This document shows positions 12,880 to 26,650 of a stretch of 64,000 nucleotides of DNA, in pieces. This DNA is from Octopus sinensis (lineage: Eukaryota): assembly GCF_006345805.1 (NCBI RefSeq), contig NC_042998.1, forward strand, positions 71,238,001 through 71,302,000, in the 5' to 3' direction. A program made the translations under genes and the position numbers. Below the pieces are notes generated by a model that did no database searches, was not told the origin of the DNA, and was given only the letters and a program-made list of their open reading frames with translations. The first letter of the stretch is position 1; each line of letters begins with the position of its first letter.

Positions 12880-13307
12880 TAAAAGTGGTAACATTAAGTC
12901 AAATACATACTGTCTGATTACGGGCAAATTCCATCTAGACTGGTAAAAATATTTATAACGGCTGTAGAGTAAAAAGAATAGATTAACTGTGCTAAGTTCT
13001 GAGACTGTTAATGGAAAGGAAATAAAATCTTAAAATGAAGCAGAAATGGTAATAGGTCATTGAATGTTGCAAAGACAACTGAAGCAGACAAAATACTAGT
13101 AAAACATTAAATATTAGATAAACGAAATGTAGATACATAAAAAGATTAAAGCAATATATATGAATCGATGCATCCTACAAATGAAACGCTTGTATTTCTT
13201 CGATTACCAAAGAAGTATTAAGTTGAGAACAGTTGTCTAATATGTGTAATGGACTACGCGAGTAAACAGCTAATAACAATTCCAACAAAGAATTACTTCA
13301 AGGGTAT

Positions 13308-13385
<78 letters not shown>

Positions 13386-14800
13386 TTTCCTGTTTTACTT
13401 GTTTCACTCATTTCACTGCGGCTATGCTGGAGCACCGCCTTTAGTCGAAGAAATCTACCCCAGAACTTATTCTTTGGAAGCCTAGTACTTATTCTATCGA
13501 TCTTTTTTGCCGAATCGCTAAGTTACGGGGACGTAAACACGCCACTATCTATTGTCAAGCGATGTTGGGGGGGGGGCACAAACACAGACACACAAACATA
13601 TACACACATACATATATACGACGGGCTTCTTTCAGTTTCCGTCTACCAAATCCACTGACAAGGCTTTGGTCGGCCCGAGGCTTTAGTAGAAGACAAGCAG
13701 TGGGAATGAACCTGGAACCATATGGTTGGTAAGCAAGCTACTTACCACACATATATATATATAGATATAAATTAGCCAACTGCATAGTCGTTTCAAACTT
13801 GTCATAGGAAGTCGTGAATTAATATTTAACCTAAAAATCACACGTGAAAAAGATTTTGATACAAATCAAGATAAGTACATTTGAGTTTTCGAATGCAACA
13901 AGGTATTTGACGTAGTAAAACCTGCAATATTAATCAATCGACTAGTTGTCACTTCTCGGAATATCCAATAAAAGTGCTTGAATAACGAAAGTTTTCTGAG
14001 GAAGAACTAGTCACGAAAAAATTACATAAAAGAAAACCATACTAAAACAGAATTTCAAATTAAGACGAGTTAAGGAGTGTGTGTAGTATAGTTTAATCTA
14101 AACACAACACATACCAGGAATGTTATTGAGATACGCAACAAAACTGATGAAAGCTAAGCCATATTTATTTCCCTTGTTAATTTTGATTAGAAATTCCACA
14201 ATAGCCTTGGAATCACGAAACAGAAATGAAAGTAGAGAAAACTAAATTAATAAGAATCAGTAATATAATGGCTGAAATAAATTACAATTTTACAATTGAA
14301 GGGTAAGCTAAAAATAACGGTCAAATGAAATATACTTGAGATATATGAAATCAGAAAACAGTAAATGTAAAACAGAAAGCAAAAATAAACGAAAGATGTT
14401 TGAATTAGTAGGTTAGTCACTAAAAAGCAACGTTATGCAGTCACATCAATGAACATTAATAGCGAGACGATAAAAATGTTATTAAAATGTTGTGTATAAT
14501 CGACTTTACCACATGTTGCTTCAATGTAGGCATAACTTGTACTATTAAGCCGATTGCAAGGTTTTGGATATGTGGGCATACTGAAGACTTTTAAGAATAT
14601 TGTAAAATGAAAAGAAACCTTTCATGTAATATCAATATCTACAAGTATGAATATTTTATTAGACAACAACAAATTAGAGAAAAATTAAAATATTTTGGAT
14701 ACATATTTATGGAAAATGGCTGACGGAAGCATAAGAAATAGGAATATTGGAAGGCAAAGAATTGCGTATGTGGATAATATCAATAATTACATAGTTTTAA
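12880..14800 (+). mobile_element. Ancient RTE-clade LINE RT region, split by SINE A and microsatellite at about 13300-13770
   Basis: Not in the ORF track; found by manual translation. MLLKCCV*STLPH (14476, like RLLKCYVWSTLLY), LDMWAY*RLLRI (14561, like FEMWCYRRMLRI), KLKYFGYI (~14680), GRQRIAYVDNI (~14750) and MKVEKTKLIRI (~14227). Weaker matches: GQIPSRLVKIFI (~12920) and KVFDVV..ILINRL (~13900). Confidence 0.7.
13393..13750 (-). mobile_element. SINE family A
   Basis: Reverse complement of family A with a small internal deletion and missing extreme 5' end. Confidence 0.92.
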
Positions 14801-16568
14801 AACAATGAATATGTAAGAGTAGTACAAAAAATTTCGATATAGCAATCCATGGCAGTCAAAATGTTTAGATTAGACAATGATGCTGAAGATGATGATGATG
14901 ATGATGGTGATGGGGTGGTGGTGGTGGTGGTAGAAATGAAAATGGTGATGGTGATGATGCTATTGATAATAGATAGATGTCTGTGTGAGCGTATGTACGT
15001 AATCTCAGAAGTAAGCATGTTTCAAATTCTTATAATTCTTTTACAGTTGTACGTTTTCATAATGAAGCAGCAAATGTTTTAAAGGAGAAATAAGATTTAT
15101 ATGTAATTTAAAGGAATTTAATGCAGCTTTATTAGGACTGGAATTGTGTATATTTACTTATATTATTTAACATTCCTTGTCATCCTATCAACATCCTACA
15201 TTACATGACATTTGTTAACAAAGTCCCCTCAGCACTGATTTGAAAAGATACATAGTGTCAAAATATTTCAAATATACGCGGTTATGGCTGACTGCTGGTG
15301 ATTATTGCAATTCGACACTAACGTTTTTTTGCAACATTTTTTGTTTGTTGAAGATAAGTGTACAGAATACTTTTTGAGGTAGTTCTTGACCGACTTACGT
15401 AGCCCGTCGCCCAACACATGGGTCATTTTAGTGGAATTCACTTTGTTACATGCATTCGAGATAGGTATCTATTCCGAAGATAATTTAGCCCTTTTCTGCT
15501 ATCCAATCTTCAGGGACATGATAAAGGTCTTGTGTTCATATCTTACACCTATTTGTGTTAATATCATAGAAACAATACAGCAGATAAGAATAAATAAGTT
15601 CAATGTAGCCAGTTGCTACGTTATGTTTGATTGGAACTTATGATTCTAAGTCTGCAAAGGACCGTTATCAGCAAACTTCAAAAAATTGCTAATAGTAAAC
15701 ACAATTTATCCCAATAAACTTATATCATACTGAAAAATCGCTATGTACACATTTTAACCGACTTTGGTACAAAATGATAGATTTGTTATTCTAACAATGA
15801 ATTATTCCAATTTGCGTTCCGCGATTGATAAAATAGATGTCTGGTCTGCACTGGTGTCGATTAAGGTCGACGTTTATGCTTTAGATTGGTATTTTTTTTT
15901 AAGGAGTAGAAATTAAAGGAAAATCAATATGGGAGTATATAAAAGCAATTACTATTTGCGAACGAATTCAAGAATTTATTCCACACATATTCAAAGAGGC
16001 ATATATTATAAACAATTTTCAAATGTACAGAAAGTGCGCATTGCGAAAAGTGGTATTTAACGAACCATTCTATCATCTGTAGATACGGCATAATTAAATT
16101 AAAAAAATTCGTATATGTATATATGTGTGTAAGCTTATATGTGCGTGTGTATGTGTGTGTATTTAAGTATGTATGCATGTATGTATGTATCTATTTACCT
16201 ACGTATCTATTTGTCTATATCTGTGTATGTGTGTTTGTGTTTAGGAGTGCAAACGAAAAAGGTCCTCATTATACTGTATAGAATAATATTGATAAGTAAA
16301 CATTTGGTGATTCATAACTGTATTGCGTAGCGTTTCACACACACACACACGCACACAGACATACACAAACTTGCACACACTCAGACATAAGCACACGCGC
16401 GCGCGCGCGTAAAATGACTATGTGATCTCTCAGATGCCTTTTATGATTTCATCAAAGGCAATCTGAAAGTTCACATATACATTTTATGCGTATATGAAAA
16501 TTTAATTAGTGTGCCAGCGAATCATCATCAACAACGTACACACGTGTGTGTGTGTGCGCATGTGTGCC

Positions 16569-16608
<40 letters not shown>

Positions 16609-16628
16609 CACGCATATATTTGTGTGTC

Positions 16629-16684
<56 letters not shown>

Positions 16685-17152
16685 CACACACATATATATA
16701 TATTTGTATGTCTGTGTCTATAAATTATATATATATTTATATTTATATTATATATCTGTGTATGTAGGTGCATTATGTTATGTAAGTGAGCATGTAGCGA
16801 AAGAGCTCATTTCAAATGAGACGTGATGAAATATTGACTTATTTGTTGTACACGAGTGTAAGAATCGATACATATATTTATCTTTCTATGTATGTACCTC
16901 TATATAAGTATAAACGTACATGTATACTTTTACGTATATGTGTGGAGAAGCGTCATTTAGGTTGGCGAGACAACAGATCTGCGCATGCAAAGCCTTCTTT
17001 GGTCTTGCTAGCAGAGTAGCATCTGCTGTGGCTTTGGAAACCCGTTTGCGATTGGAATTGCTGCTGTAATAACAACACTTGAAGGTGCCGTCCGATTGCC
17101 ACTCTTGTTCTGATGTCGCTTTAACGTGGATTTTACTTCCTGTTATCAACAA

Positions 17153-17314
17153 GGCGTAGGAGTGGCTGTGTGGTAAGTAGCTTGTTTACCAACCACATGG
17201 TTCCAGGTTCAGTTCCACTGCGTGACACCTTGGGTAAGTGTCTTCTATTATAGCCTCGGGCCGACCAAAGCCTTGTGTGTGAATTTGGTAGACGGAAACT
17301 GAAAGAAGCCCATC

Positions 17315-17357
<43 letters not shown>

Positions 17358-17592
17358 ATATATGTATGTATATATGTATGTGTGTCTGTGTTTGCCCCCC
17401 CAGCATCGCTTGACAACCGATGCTGGTGTGTTTACGTCCCCGAAACTTAGCGGTTCGGCAAAAGAGACTGATAGAAGAAGTACTAGGCTTACAAAGAATA
17501 AGTCCTGGGTTGATTTGCTCGGCTAAAGGCGGTGCTCCAGCATGGCCACAGTCACATGACTGAAACAAGTAAAAAGTAAAAAAAGTAAAAGT
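17153..17592 (+). mobile_element. SINE family A, full length
   Basis: Runs from ggcgtaggagtggctgtgtgg to gactgaaacaagt followed by an (aaaagt)n tail. Confidence 0.95.
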
Positions 17593-18684
17593 AATCTCAG
17601 CATGACCTCGCTATCTTTTTAAACTCTTGTCTACTTGCATCCTTCAACGGTATTGATCCTTAGTAGCATTATCAACTTTCCAATGAGGATTAATGTCGCC
17701 TTTCCAAATATCTTTGAAACTAGTATAGGTTCGTTTTTGAGTTTTCTTGCCGAAAGACAAGTTCGCGATATAGTAGATTTACATAGAAAAAATGTCGTTG
17801 TTGCGGTGTGCATATGTATGCGTTCATGTTTATACTTGTTATCGTGGTGACATTCATTCTTAATGTATGTGTTTCGTTAAGCATTTTTCTGGTTGTTGTG
17901 TTTCATCGAGGATAAGTCTCATTCAAGACGTAGCGTGTGGAAAGACGCAGTATATGTGAAATATTGGCGAAATGAAACGCTTAGGTGTTGAACGAGAACG
18001 ACAGATATCAATATTTCGTTGTTTTCTTAGCTCATCGGTTCTGTATATTTAAGTTGCCTCGAAACGAATTCAAATTACTGGCCAGGAAGCATATTGACGT
18101 AGCGTAACTCTATCTCTATGCGCGAACAAGCGCCGCACGAGTAGAACAAAGTTTAGAGTTTGAGTTAAAACCGGATCTATAACTTAAATATTATCGATGT
18201 CATATGAATGTATATATGATGTTCAACGCTTATGTTTACCCTATTTCGTACAGAGATAACCCTTTTAAAGACTTAGTCTGTTAAAAAGGGACGAGAATAT
18301 TACACATCTATGCCTCTAGACATCGATAACTCAATTTCAGTGGCAAGCAAGTGGAAGATAACATGGCGTTATATCAATTGATGATGAATGAAATTGATAG
18401 GCATGATCATACCTGTGGCAAGTAGCACTGGGTAACATCTTATCCAGTAGCATAAAAAGTCATAAAACTATGAAAATAACTATGAAAATAAAATATATAT
18501 GATGAGGTTGTCGGCGACTAATCAGACGATTTTTCAAACTCTGTTTGAATTTCTTTCTCCGTTTCTTCTCTCTTTCTCTGCTCCCTGACGAAGTATTGAA
18601 CCCGGAAACTCGGGTATTTCACTCCTCACGGCAGTGTAACCTGTCCACTTTTTTTCCAATATATACTTACTTTACTTACTCACT

Positions 18685-18876
18685 TTTTTTTGTTTTAGTC
18701 ATTTGACTGCGGATATGCTGCAGCACCGCCTTTAGTTTAGCAAATCGACCCCAGGACTTATTCTTTGTAAGCCTAGTAATTATTCTATCGGTCTGTTTTG
18801 CCGAACCGATAAGTTACGGGGACGTAAGACGCCAGCATGTTGTCAAGCGATGTTAGGGGGACAAACACAAACGCAT

Positions 18877-18927
<51 letters not shown>

Positions 18928-19080
18928 TATACATATATACGGCGGGCTTCTTTTCAGACCAAATCCATTCACAAGGCTTCGGTCGGCCCGAGGCTATATT
19001 AGAAAACATTTGCTCAAGGTGCCACGCAGTGGGACTGAACCCGGAACCATGTGGCTGGTAAGCAAGCTACTTACCACGCA
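18685..19080 (-). mobile_element. SINE family A
   Basis: Reverse complement, colinear with 17153-17592. Confidence 0.92.
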
Positions 19081-19113
19081 TAGAAAGATAAATATATATG
19101 CATATATATATAT

Positions 19114-19163
<50 letters not shown>

Positions 19164-20936
19164 TACATACATATATATATATATTGTATATGCAGGTATG
19201 TATGTAGATTCGCATATATGTTATGTGTATGCGCACGTATGTGTGAGTGCGTATGTGTATAAGTGATATATAACTTTTAATCTTTTAATATTTTAATTAA
19301 GATTTCTTTCGCATTGTCTATGAAGTTTCATGAATGGTAATTTCCCTCGATGTTATCGGTAAACTTCTAAAAAAGAAAACAAGATATGATCTATATTCAT
19401 TTTCTTTCAAGTTTTCTATGAATAAGTGTTTGTCTTGAGAAGTCTCAATATAACAAAATCTATCATTACTATTGTGTTTTTTTTTATATATATATAGCAG
19501 TGCTGCAGCTTGCTTGTTATCTTTATTTTGGATAAAAATCCGTCTGAACGATGAGCAAATGAAGTGGAAATTACTACGATTCTTGGTGACATTTAAATTA
19601 TGCCACTTCAAATATGATATAACATATACAGCGCACAAATACGATCTGGTAACAAATTCACCATGTACGATTGAGATGACAAAATATATTGTTGTAAGAT
19701 AAATGATGCGTGCTTAGGAAATAATAAACCATATAAAAAGGTATATTACCTTGTCATAATTTGTCTTATATATTTGTATGCCGAGCGTGTAAATACCTTT
19801 TCTTTTATGACAAAGCTACATTATAGATACAAAAATATACATGTATATATCAAATACATATGTGTGAGTGCGCGCGCTTTTATTTACTTACGAAAATTAT
19901 AACATTCAATGGTTACATGAAGTTTAAAATGCAAAATAACTGATCGCCACCTTCTACAAAGCAAAGCATGCACATTGTAAATGACACAATATCGCTGCGA
20001 GAAAAATGATAGGTACTTAGAAAATAAGAAAACATGTCTTAGAATTAGGGGAGGTCAATCCTCTAACTAGACTCTGATGCAAATTGAGAATAATTAGCAT
20101 ACGCATTCCTGCATGTGATTCAAAACTAGACCAACAGAATTCTACCAGCCTTTTATTACACGGTTTTACCGTATCGAAAACAAAAGTGTCTTGCAGATTC
20201 AACCAATTTAAGAAATCTACTATTCATTTATTTCTATTTTTAGGACGATGAGAAGCACAGATTCCGGAATAACAAATACACTTTGCAGTTGCTTTTATAG
20301 TATAATGGTTCCTACTTGGTGACAAAGTGCAGAAACTTTACGTTGAAATTCCCTACGGAGATCTAAGAGTGATATGCAGTGCAAAATTGAAAGTGCACTT
20401 AGCATTCGTTCCCGCTAAATAGAATTGGCAACTACGTATTCACAAAAAACATAAATAACTATGTCAAAGTTCAGTTTTAAACGGATTTAATGGGACAAAT
20501 AATGTAGCCTACAGAAAGTCAAACGCAAATATCTGTTACAGTGATGTTGTTGACCGTGTCTCTAAAATATTCACCTTTCAATTGTAGTAGAATAATTATT
20601 GTGCAAATTATCAGTTTCCACGGAAAGGGCAACGAAATGCCCTCGGTCTACATCATACTGTGCTAAAGAGGAAGACATAGTACAGGCAATTGTTGAACAC
20701 CTGAAAAATACGATCATTGTTGATTGATTTATGTAACAGATTATTTTAACTTATCCAATGATAAACAACAACATTAACCAAAAGTAGAAATATTTAACGC
20801 ATATATGAGAAATATTTAACGCGTATACTTTATATAAGAAATATTTAACACATATACTTTAAAACCTTGTCTGCAGCTTTTGTTTGTCACACTGCTGGTC
20901 TCTTGAGACTGTGATGAATCCATAATATATTCGAGA

Positions 20937-20938
20937 GC

Positions 20939-20976
<38 letters not shown>

Positions 20977-21012
20977 CAGAGAAAGAGAGAAGGAGAAAAA
21001 GAAAGAGAGAGA
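20937..21012. repeat. (GA)n microsatellite
   Basis: Direct reading. Confidence 0.95.
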
Positions 21013-21049
21013 ATTGATTAGGACATACGGAAACGGAGTTTGGTACGAG

Positions 21050-22320
21050 TTTTATTCAACGGGACGATGGTATCAACTGATCCTGCAGTTGTCCATTATG
21101 GGTAAGATATTGTGCCTCTAGTGGTTTTGCATCTATCAGTGCAGTCAACGCGTGCATTTTCAGAGGAGGAGGAAGACACTTTTCACTAAGAGTTGATAAG
21201 GATTGTAGTCAAGTTGCGAAATATAGGTGACTTTAATGCCAGGATGGGGACAGATTATGAGTTCTATGCTGGCATCATGGGCAAGTTTGGCAAGGGCAAA
21301 AAGAACTCCAATGGAGACCTCCTACTGAACTTCTATGCACAGCTGAAGCTCTGTGTCCACAATGCATTCTTTGATTAGCCCAACAATATTGATTCCTCAT
21401 GGGAATAACCTTGCTCTGGTCACTATCTTCTGCTGGACTACGTCATTGCCCGGAAGGCTGGGATGCAGGAACACCTGCGCATGAAGGCATAGGGTAGAAT
21501 GATCAACTGACCGCAACAAGCGGCAGGTCCAGATGCAATCGGACTTTTTGGGGCAACAACTGCGTATTTTGGATTTTTATTACTCTGAATCCCTCTGCTC
21601 TGGAGGAAGGCACCCCCAACTAGCAAGAAGCCATAGAAGATAGACATCGGTAAGCTATCAAATGCGAAACATACAGCCGTCACGGCTGCGGTTGAGAGTA
21701 CGACAGTCAGCTCATATGAACTGAATGACATCGAGGAGCATTAGCGGGCTTAAAAGAAGGCAGACCTCTCCCTTGTACCCTCTTAGCATAACACACCTGA
21801 TTGCTTCTGAAGGCATAGGGAAGAGATCTAGAATCAGTTAGACTGAAAACAGCGCCTGCACCAACGACATCTGCAGGAGAGTTCGGAGAGCAGCAGAGTC
21901 ACTTTTTCTGAAATCAAGTCCATAGTGTCGAGATAAATGCTATTCTTGAAGAAAGACTGGTGGTAGGCAGACGAGTGTTTTCAAGAATGAAAGCCATCCA
22001 TGGTACCACGAACAACGCAGTCACATCGATCAAGTCAGCAGACGGGAGTAAACTTCACACTGACCTTCAAGATATCAGAGCCAGGTGAGAAGGAACACTA
22101 CTATAACCTGCTCAATGTAGCTTCACGCCAGCGAGGTCAACCATGGACAGGATCTTTTCACAGTGACAGCTACAGGAGAACGTAGTAGAGCAACATCAAC
22201 ACCTCTTCGTGTGTATGGACATTTGAAAGGCGTTCGACACGCTGAATGAGAAACTCCTTGGAAAGTGCTAGAGACATGAATGCCCGGGGAAGCTTGATTA
22301 ATGTTTACTCACAGTCGATA
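21050..22320 (+). mobile_element. Degenerate RTE-clade LINE (APE endonuclease to RT start, internally deleted)
   Basis: IGDFNARMGTDY...GKFGKGKKNSNGDLLLNF...LCVHNAFF, SGHYLLLDYVIARK, AVTSIKSADGSKLHTD...EHYYNLLN and FVDI*KAFDTLNE. Many stops and frameshifts. Confidence 0.85.
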
Positions 22321-22386
22321 GGCCAGTTACTGCAAAATTTATCCTGAAATATCACTCATGTATTTCCTGCGTTAAAAATACAATAA

Positions 22387-22391
<5 letters not shown>

Positions 22392-22446
<55 letters not shown>

Positions 22447-22482
22447 AAGGGAGAAAGAGAGAGAGAAAGGGAGAGAGAGAGA
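22392..22482. repeat. (GA)n microsatellite
   Basis: Direct reading. Confidence 0.95.
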
Positions 22483-25400
22483 AATGGGGAGGAAAATATC
22501 TGTCCCACCAGCAACAAGCGGCAGTTCCAGATGCAATCGGACTTTTTGGGGCAACAGTTGCGTATTTTGGATTTTTATTAGCAATCGGGCCGCTCTTCTG
22601 AAAATCAGTGCATGTTTCATTCACTTTTTCCTGTATCAGAGACCACGAATTCTCGCCCAAACTTGTGGCTGACTACTGATATGTGAATTTTTGTGTTATC
22701 ACAATCTTGTACATGTTTTATCGGTTGCTATCAAATGATAAAATCGATGCCTTTTGGGGAAAAGAGAGCTTCTCACAACGTTGCATGTCTCTATACACGA
22801 ACATAGGCACAGACATACATCTACAATGAGATTCCTTTTAGTTGCTGTCTAACAAACGCCTTTCAACGAGTACTAGTCGACACAGTTCTGCAATAAAAGA
22901 GAACAAATTCAGGCGTCACGCACTGGAATGGAATATGGACCCACGCATTTGAGAACCAATCTTCTTAACAGCGCCGTTTATGTTTGCTTTTGTTATTAAT
23001 TTGGGTGTATATTTTGAGAGTAATGTATACTATAAAGTGTCAAACAATTTCGACGTCCAAATACAATGAAAAATTTTGACACTTTATATCACAAAATAAA
23101 AGAGAAAACTAAATGTGTCTATTGATTGTACGTAATGGAATTCAGCTCGCTTACTAGGAAGAAAGTTTACTTCAAAAAATATACGTAAAACAAGTAATGT
23201 TTTATATAAACGAAATAAAATTTTATAACAGTTTTTGCATATATTTTCTCTATATTGAATTGCTCAAGAGATTCATACTATTTTCGTTTTCCTTCATTTG
23301 TTCAAATTAAGTAATGCTGAATGCTTATTCTGGGAAGAATAAATTTCATTATCGCTGAGTTCTAAACGCTTGCAATATCAGTTAGTTTATTTCTATAATA
23401 AACTCTGATTTATTTAAATTTCCCAGGCCTTAAATGTGCTTCTACGTTATGCAATGATTGAAATTTCTTACTATTGCACCTCCAGTTTATGAATGCAACT
23501 ATAAAGGAACAAACAAACAAATCTATAAAATTCAATTTAAAATGGAATTTCTATTTTTTTGAACGCATACAATTGTCACTGTTATTGCTGTAGAATGTTT
23601 TTAAATACTTCTTTCGTTTGAATATGAAGTAAGCCAAAGTGAATCCAGAGCTGTAATATGTATAGTGTATTCAAATAGTGTATGTATGTGATAACAAATA
23701 CAGAGTACAAAGTATTCAGGTATTCAGTTTGTAAAAAGCAACAAAAATAAGGACTCTAAAAAGTCACTAACGTTACAGAAATTATTCAAATAAAATAGTT
23801 TTTCCTATGATACGCAGGTAAATATTTTAATAGATCATTTTCTGGGTGAGATCTACATATATCGTTGCAAATGATACATATTACTCTTGGTATCAAAGTA
23901 AAGACGGCGTATTTAGGGCTTAACAATTGTATATGGCATTTGTGTAAAGGTTCCACTGTTGGGGTACCCAGAGAAACAAACTAGGAATTGTACTGCACTT
24001 CTTGCAAGTGATTTAATGCTAGCAGCGTTGTAGTGTTTAATTCTTTACATCCTACTCCATACAATACGAATTTATTTAATTTTTCTCTTATCCGACCACT
24101 TTATTCTAACTCACCACTCTTCTGTTAATCTACATTCACTGTCATTCTGGCAATCTTATACAGCAAACATACTTATCTATCAACTTGAATCTATTTGATT
24201 TGTTGCAATAAATTTATAACTTGGCAATAAATGTATAACTTGGCGTAGAAAATGACTCATTCTTACTTGTATTCTCGTAAACTATAAATAGATTCTTAAT
24301 CCAGTGAAAATGAAAGGTTAGAAATCAAAATATACACATATTCAAATCGAGAAGTTTAAGTAGCGCGTGTTAAAAGAGAAAATCTTCGTCAAATTTGATA
24401 ACTATACTTGATTGGTATCTATTGTATAACGTTTAGGAATAGATAACACACGAGCCTTTATTACTAAGTCGTTCTAACTGCTTGAGACAGTACTGACATA
24501 TCGCGAATATGTTCTAATATCTTTAAAAGAAAGACCGTTTCCCGTAATATAACCTACAAAACAATAGAACTTAGATGGCTAGGAGGGATTTTGCTTAAAC
24601 CTCGACTCAATCAAGTCAGCATTAAGGTAGAAAAGAACAAACAACTAAAAACGTTCGCACGAGCACAATCATGAAAATGCACTTGATCAGATCCTTCATT
24701 GTTACTTAATTTTCTGTTGATTATGGCTATTTAGTTGTTCCAGTGCATTAAAAACAACAACAATACAGGGATTCTGAAAAGAAATAAATTTCCTTCGGGG
24801 TGTTTCAAGTGAAATGAAAATAAAAAGAGAAGATACTTCATGATACTTTTCACCACGTTTCCTTTCTAGTACCTAATTTAATCTGCTGTGTACTATCCTT
24901 TTCCAGTATCACCAAATACCCAATCGACAGAGAGATTTTTGCACGATATTTTCTTCTTTCTTTGCTCTTTTGAGGCAGTTTGTCTAGGAACTCAAGTATA
25001 CAGGCTATTGTCTGTTTTTAAAGTGAAATTATTTAATCTATCTTTATCGAACTCTCTATGTATGTATATATGTAATTTTTGGGTAAATCACTTCTGTCAA
25101 ATTTCATTTAAAAACCATTATGAACAACAGGATCGAATATAGGACTAGATCGTTATGAAAAATATTTCTTAATCACAAGGTTATGGCCATGATTGTGTGG
25201 GATTACTATAATATATGCAACATTTAAACTGCAGATATTTAAACGAAGATGATTGATTATTTACTCTAACACTACTCTGTTTCTTACATCTTGGCTTTCA
25301 ATAATGCTACATTCAGTTGAATAATCTTTCCTCACTAATGAAAACTTGAAGCATTGAGAGGAAATAGCTGTTTGTTCTTACTTAAACGAAGTCGACTGTA

Positions 25401-26105
25401 ATGGAGCAGTGTTATTCACAAAGGTATTCCAGCCATGACAATCACAACATGGTCTCAGACTTAATGTAGTCCAAATTAAATTAATATTTCCTTCCTTTTA
25501 AAATTTGTTGACGTATAGAATGTTAGAAGTTAGATGGCTATTTCTAAAAGAAGGGTAATTACGAAAAACTAGTACACCCGTTAGAAATTTTAGGTAAAAG
25601 ACTAACCGATCATTAGCCCACTCATTGATCATTGCATCATCCCAGAGGGAGTTAGTGTAGGTACAAATACATTGGCTTTACCATAATATACAATAGATTT
25701 AATTTACCACAATACAATTTATATTTAATATCATACACAGATTTTAAGGTTAAGATAAACAACGCTAGCAAAAGTTGATGTTCTTGTGTATAGCAAAAAA
25801 TTTACTACTTGTTCCTGTACTTATCATTTGTTGCGATACATGATTGTACTTTTGAGAAAATATCTGATGTCTGAAGCAAAGAAATTTAGTTTGAAATATT
25901 CTATATGAACCATAACTTGTTACTGGGGAAATATCAAAGATATATGAATATATAATGGGAAATGTATTTCAAAAGCGAAATATAAGGATTTATGGAGTGG
26001 ACCATCCACATTGGAATACAATATTTGCAGCAGTTGTTTAGACATGGAAATTTGCCCAAGACATGGAAATTTATATATATATATGCACCTGCACGCACAC
26101 ATACC

Positions 26106-26107
26106 TG

Positions 26108-26186
<79 letters not shown>

Positions 26187-26215
26187 CTATCTATCTATCT
26201 ATCTATCTATCTATT
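26106..26215. repeat. (TCTA)n microsatellite
   Basis: Direct reading. Confidence 0.96.
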
Positions 26216-26223
26216 TAAAAAAT

Positions 26224-26577
26224 TTTGTTTCAGTCATTTGATTGCGGCCATGTTGGAGCACCAACTTTAGTCGAGCAAATCGACCCCAGGACTTATTCTT
26301 TGTAAGGCTAGTACTTATTCTATCGGTCTCTTGCCGAAGCGCTAAGTGACGGAAACGTAAACACACCAGCATCGGTTGTCAAGCGATGTTGTGTGTGTGT
26401 GTGTAGGGTGGGGCAAACATAGACACACGAACATATACATACATATATATATATATACGACGGGCTTCTTTCAGTTTCTGTCTACCAAATCCACTCACAA
26501 GGCTACCATGCAGTGGGATTGAACCCGGAAACATGTGGTTGGTAAGCAAGCTACTTACCACACAGTTACTCTTGCGC

Positions 26578-26579
<2 letters not shown>
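26224..26579 (-). mobile_element. SINE family A with ~40-bp internal deletion
   Basis: Reverse complement of family A; caaggct joins directly to accatgcagtggg. Confidence 0.9.

Positions 26580-26650
<71 letters not shown>

Noticed and set aside
16393-16411. (CG)n run with Z-DNA potential; also G-rich run at about 58075-58100
   Set aside because: Short tracts embedded in CA or G microsatellites with no supporting context.
17040-17150. EWQSDGTFKCC on the minus strand, similar to the MULE transposase DGTFK motif
   Set aside because: The surrounding residues do not follow the MULE pattern; a single short motif is not enough without an HMM search.
18001-18056. Minus-strand CCGATGA...GAAA tattgata TC hammerhead-like string
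   Set aside because: One core base is altered and stems I and II barely pair.
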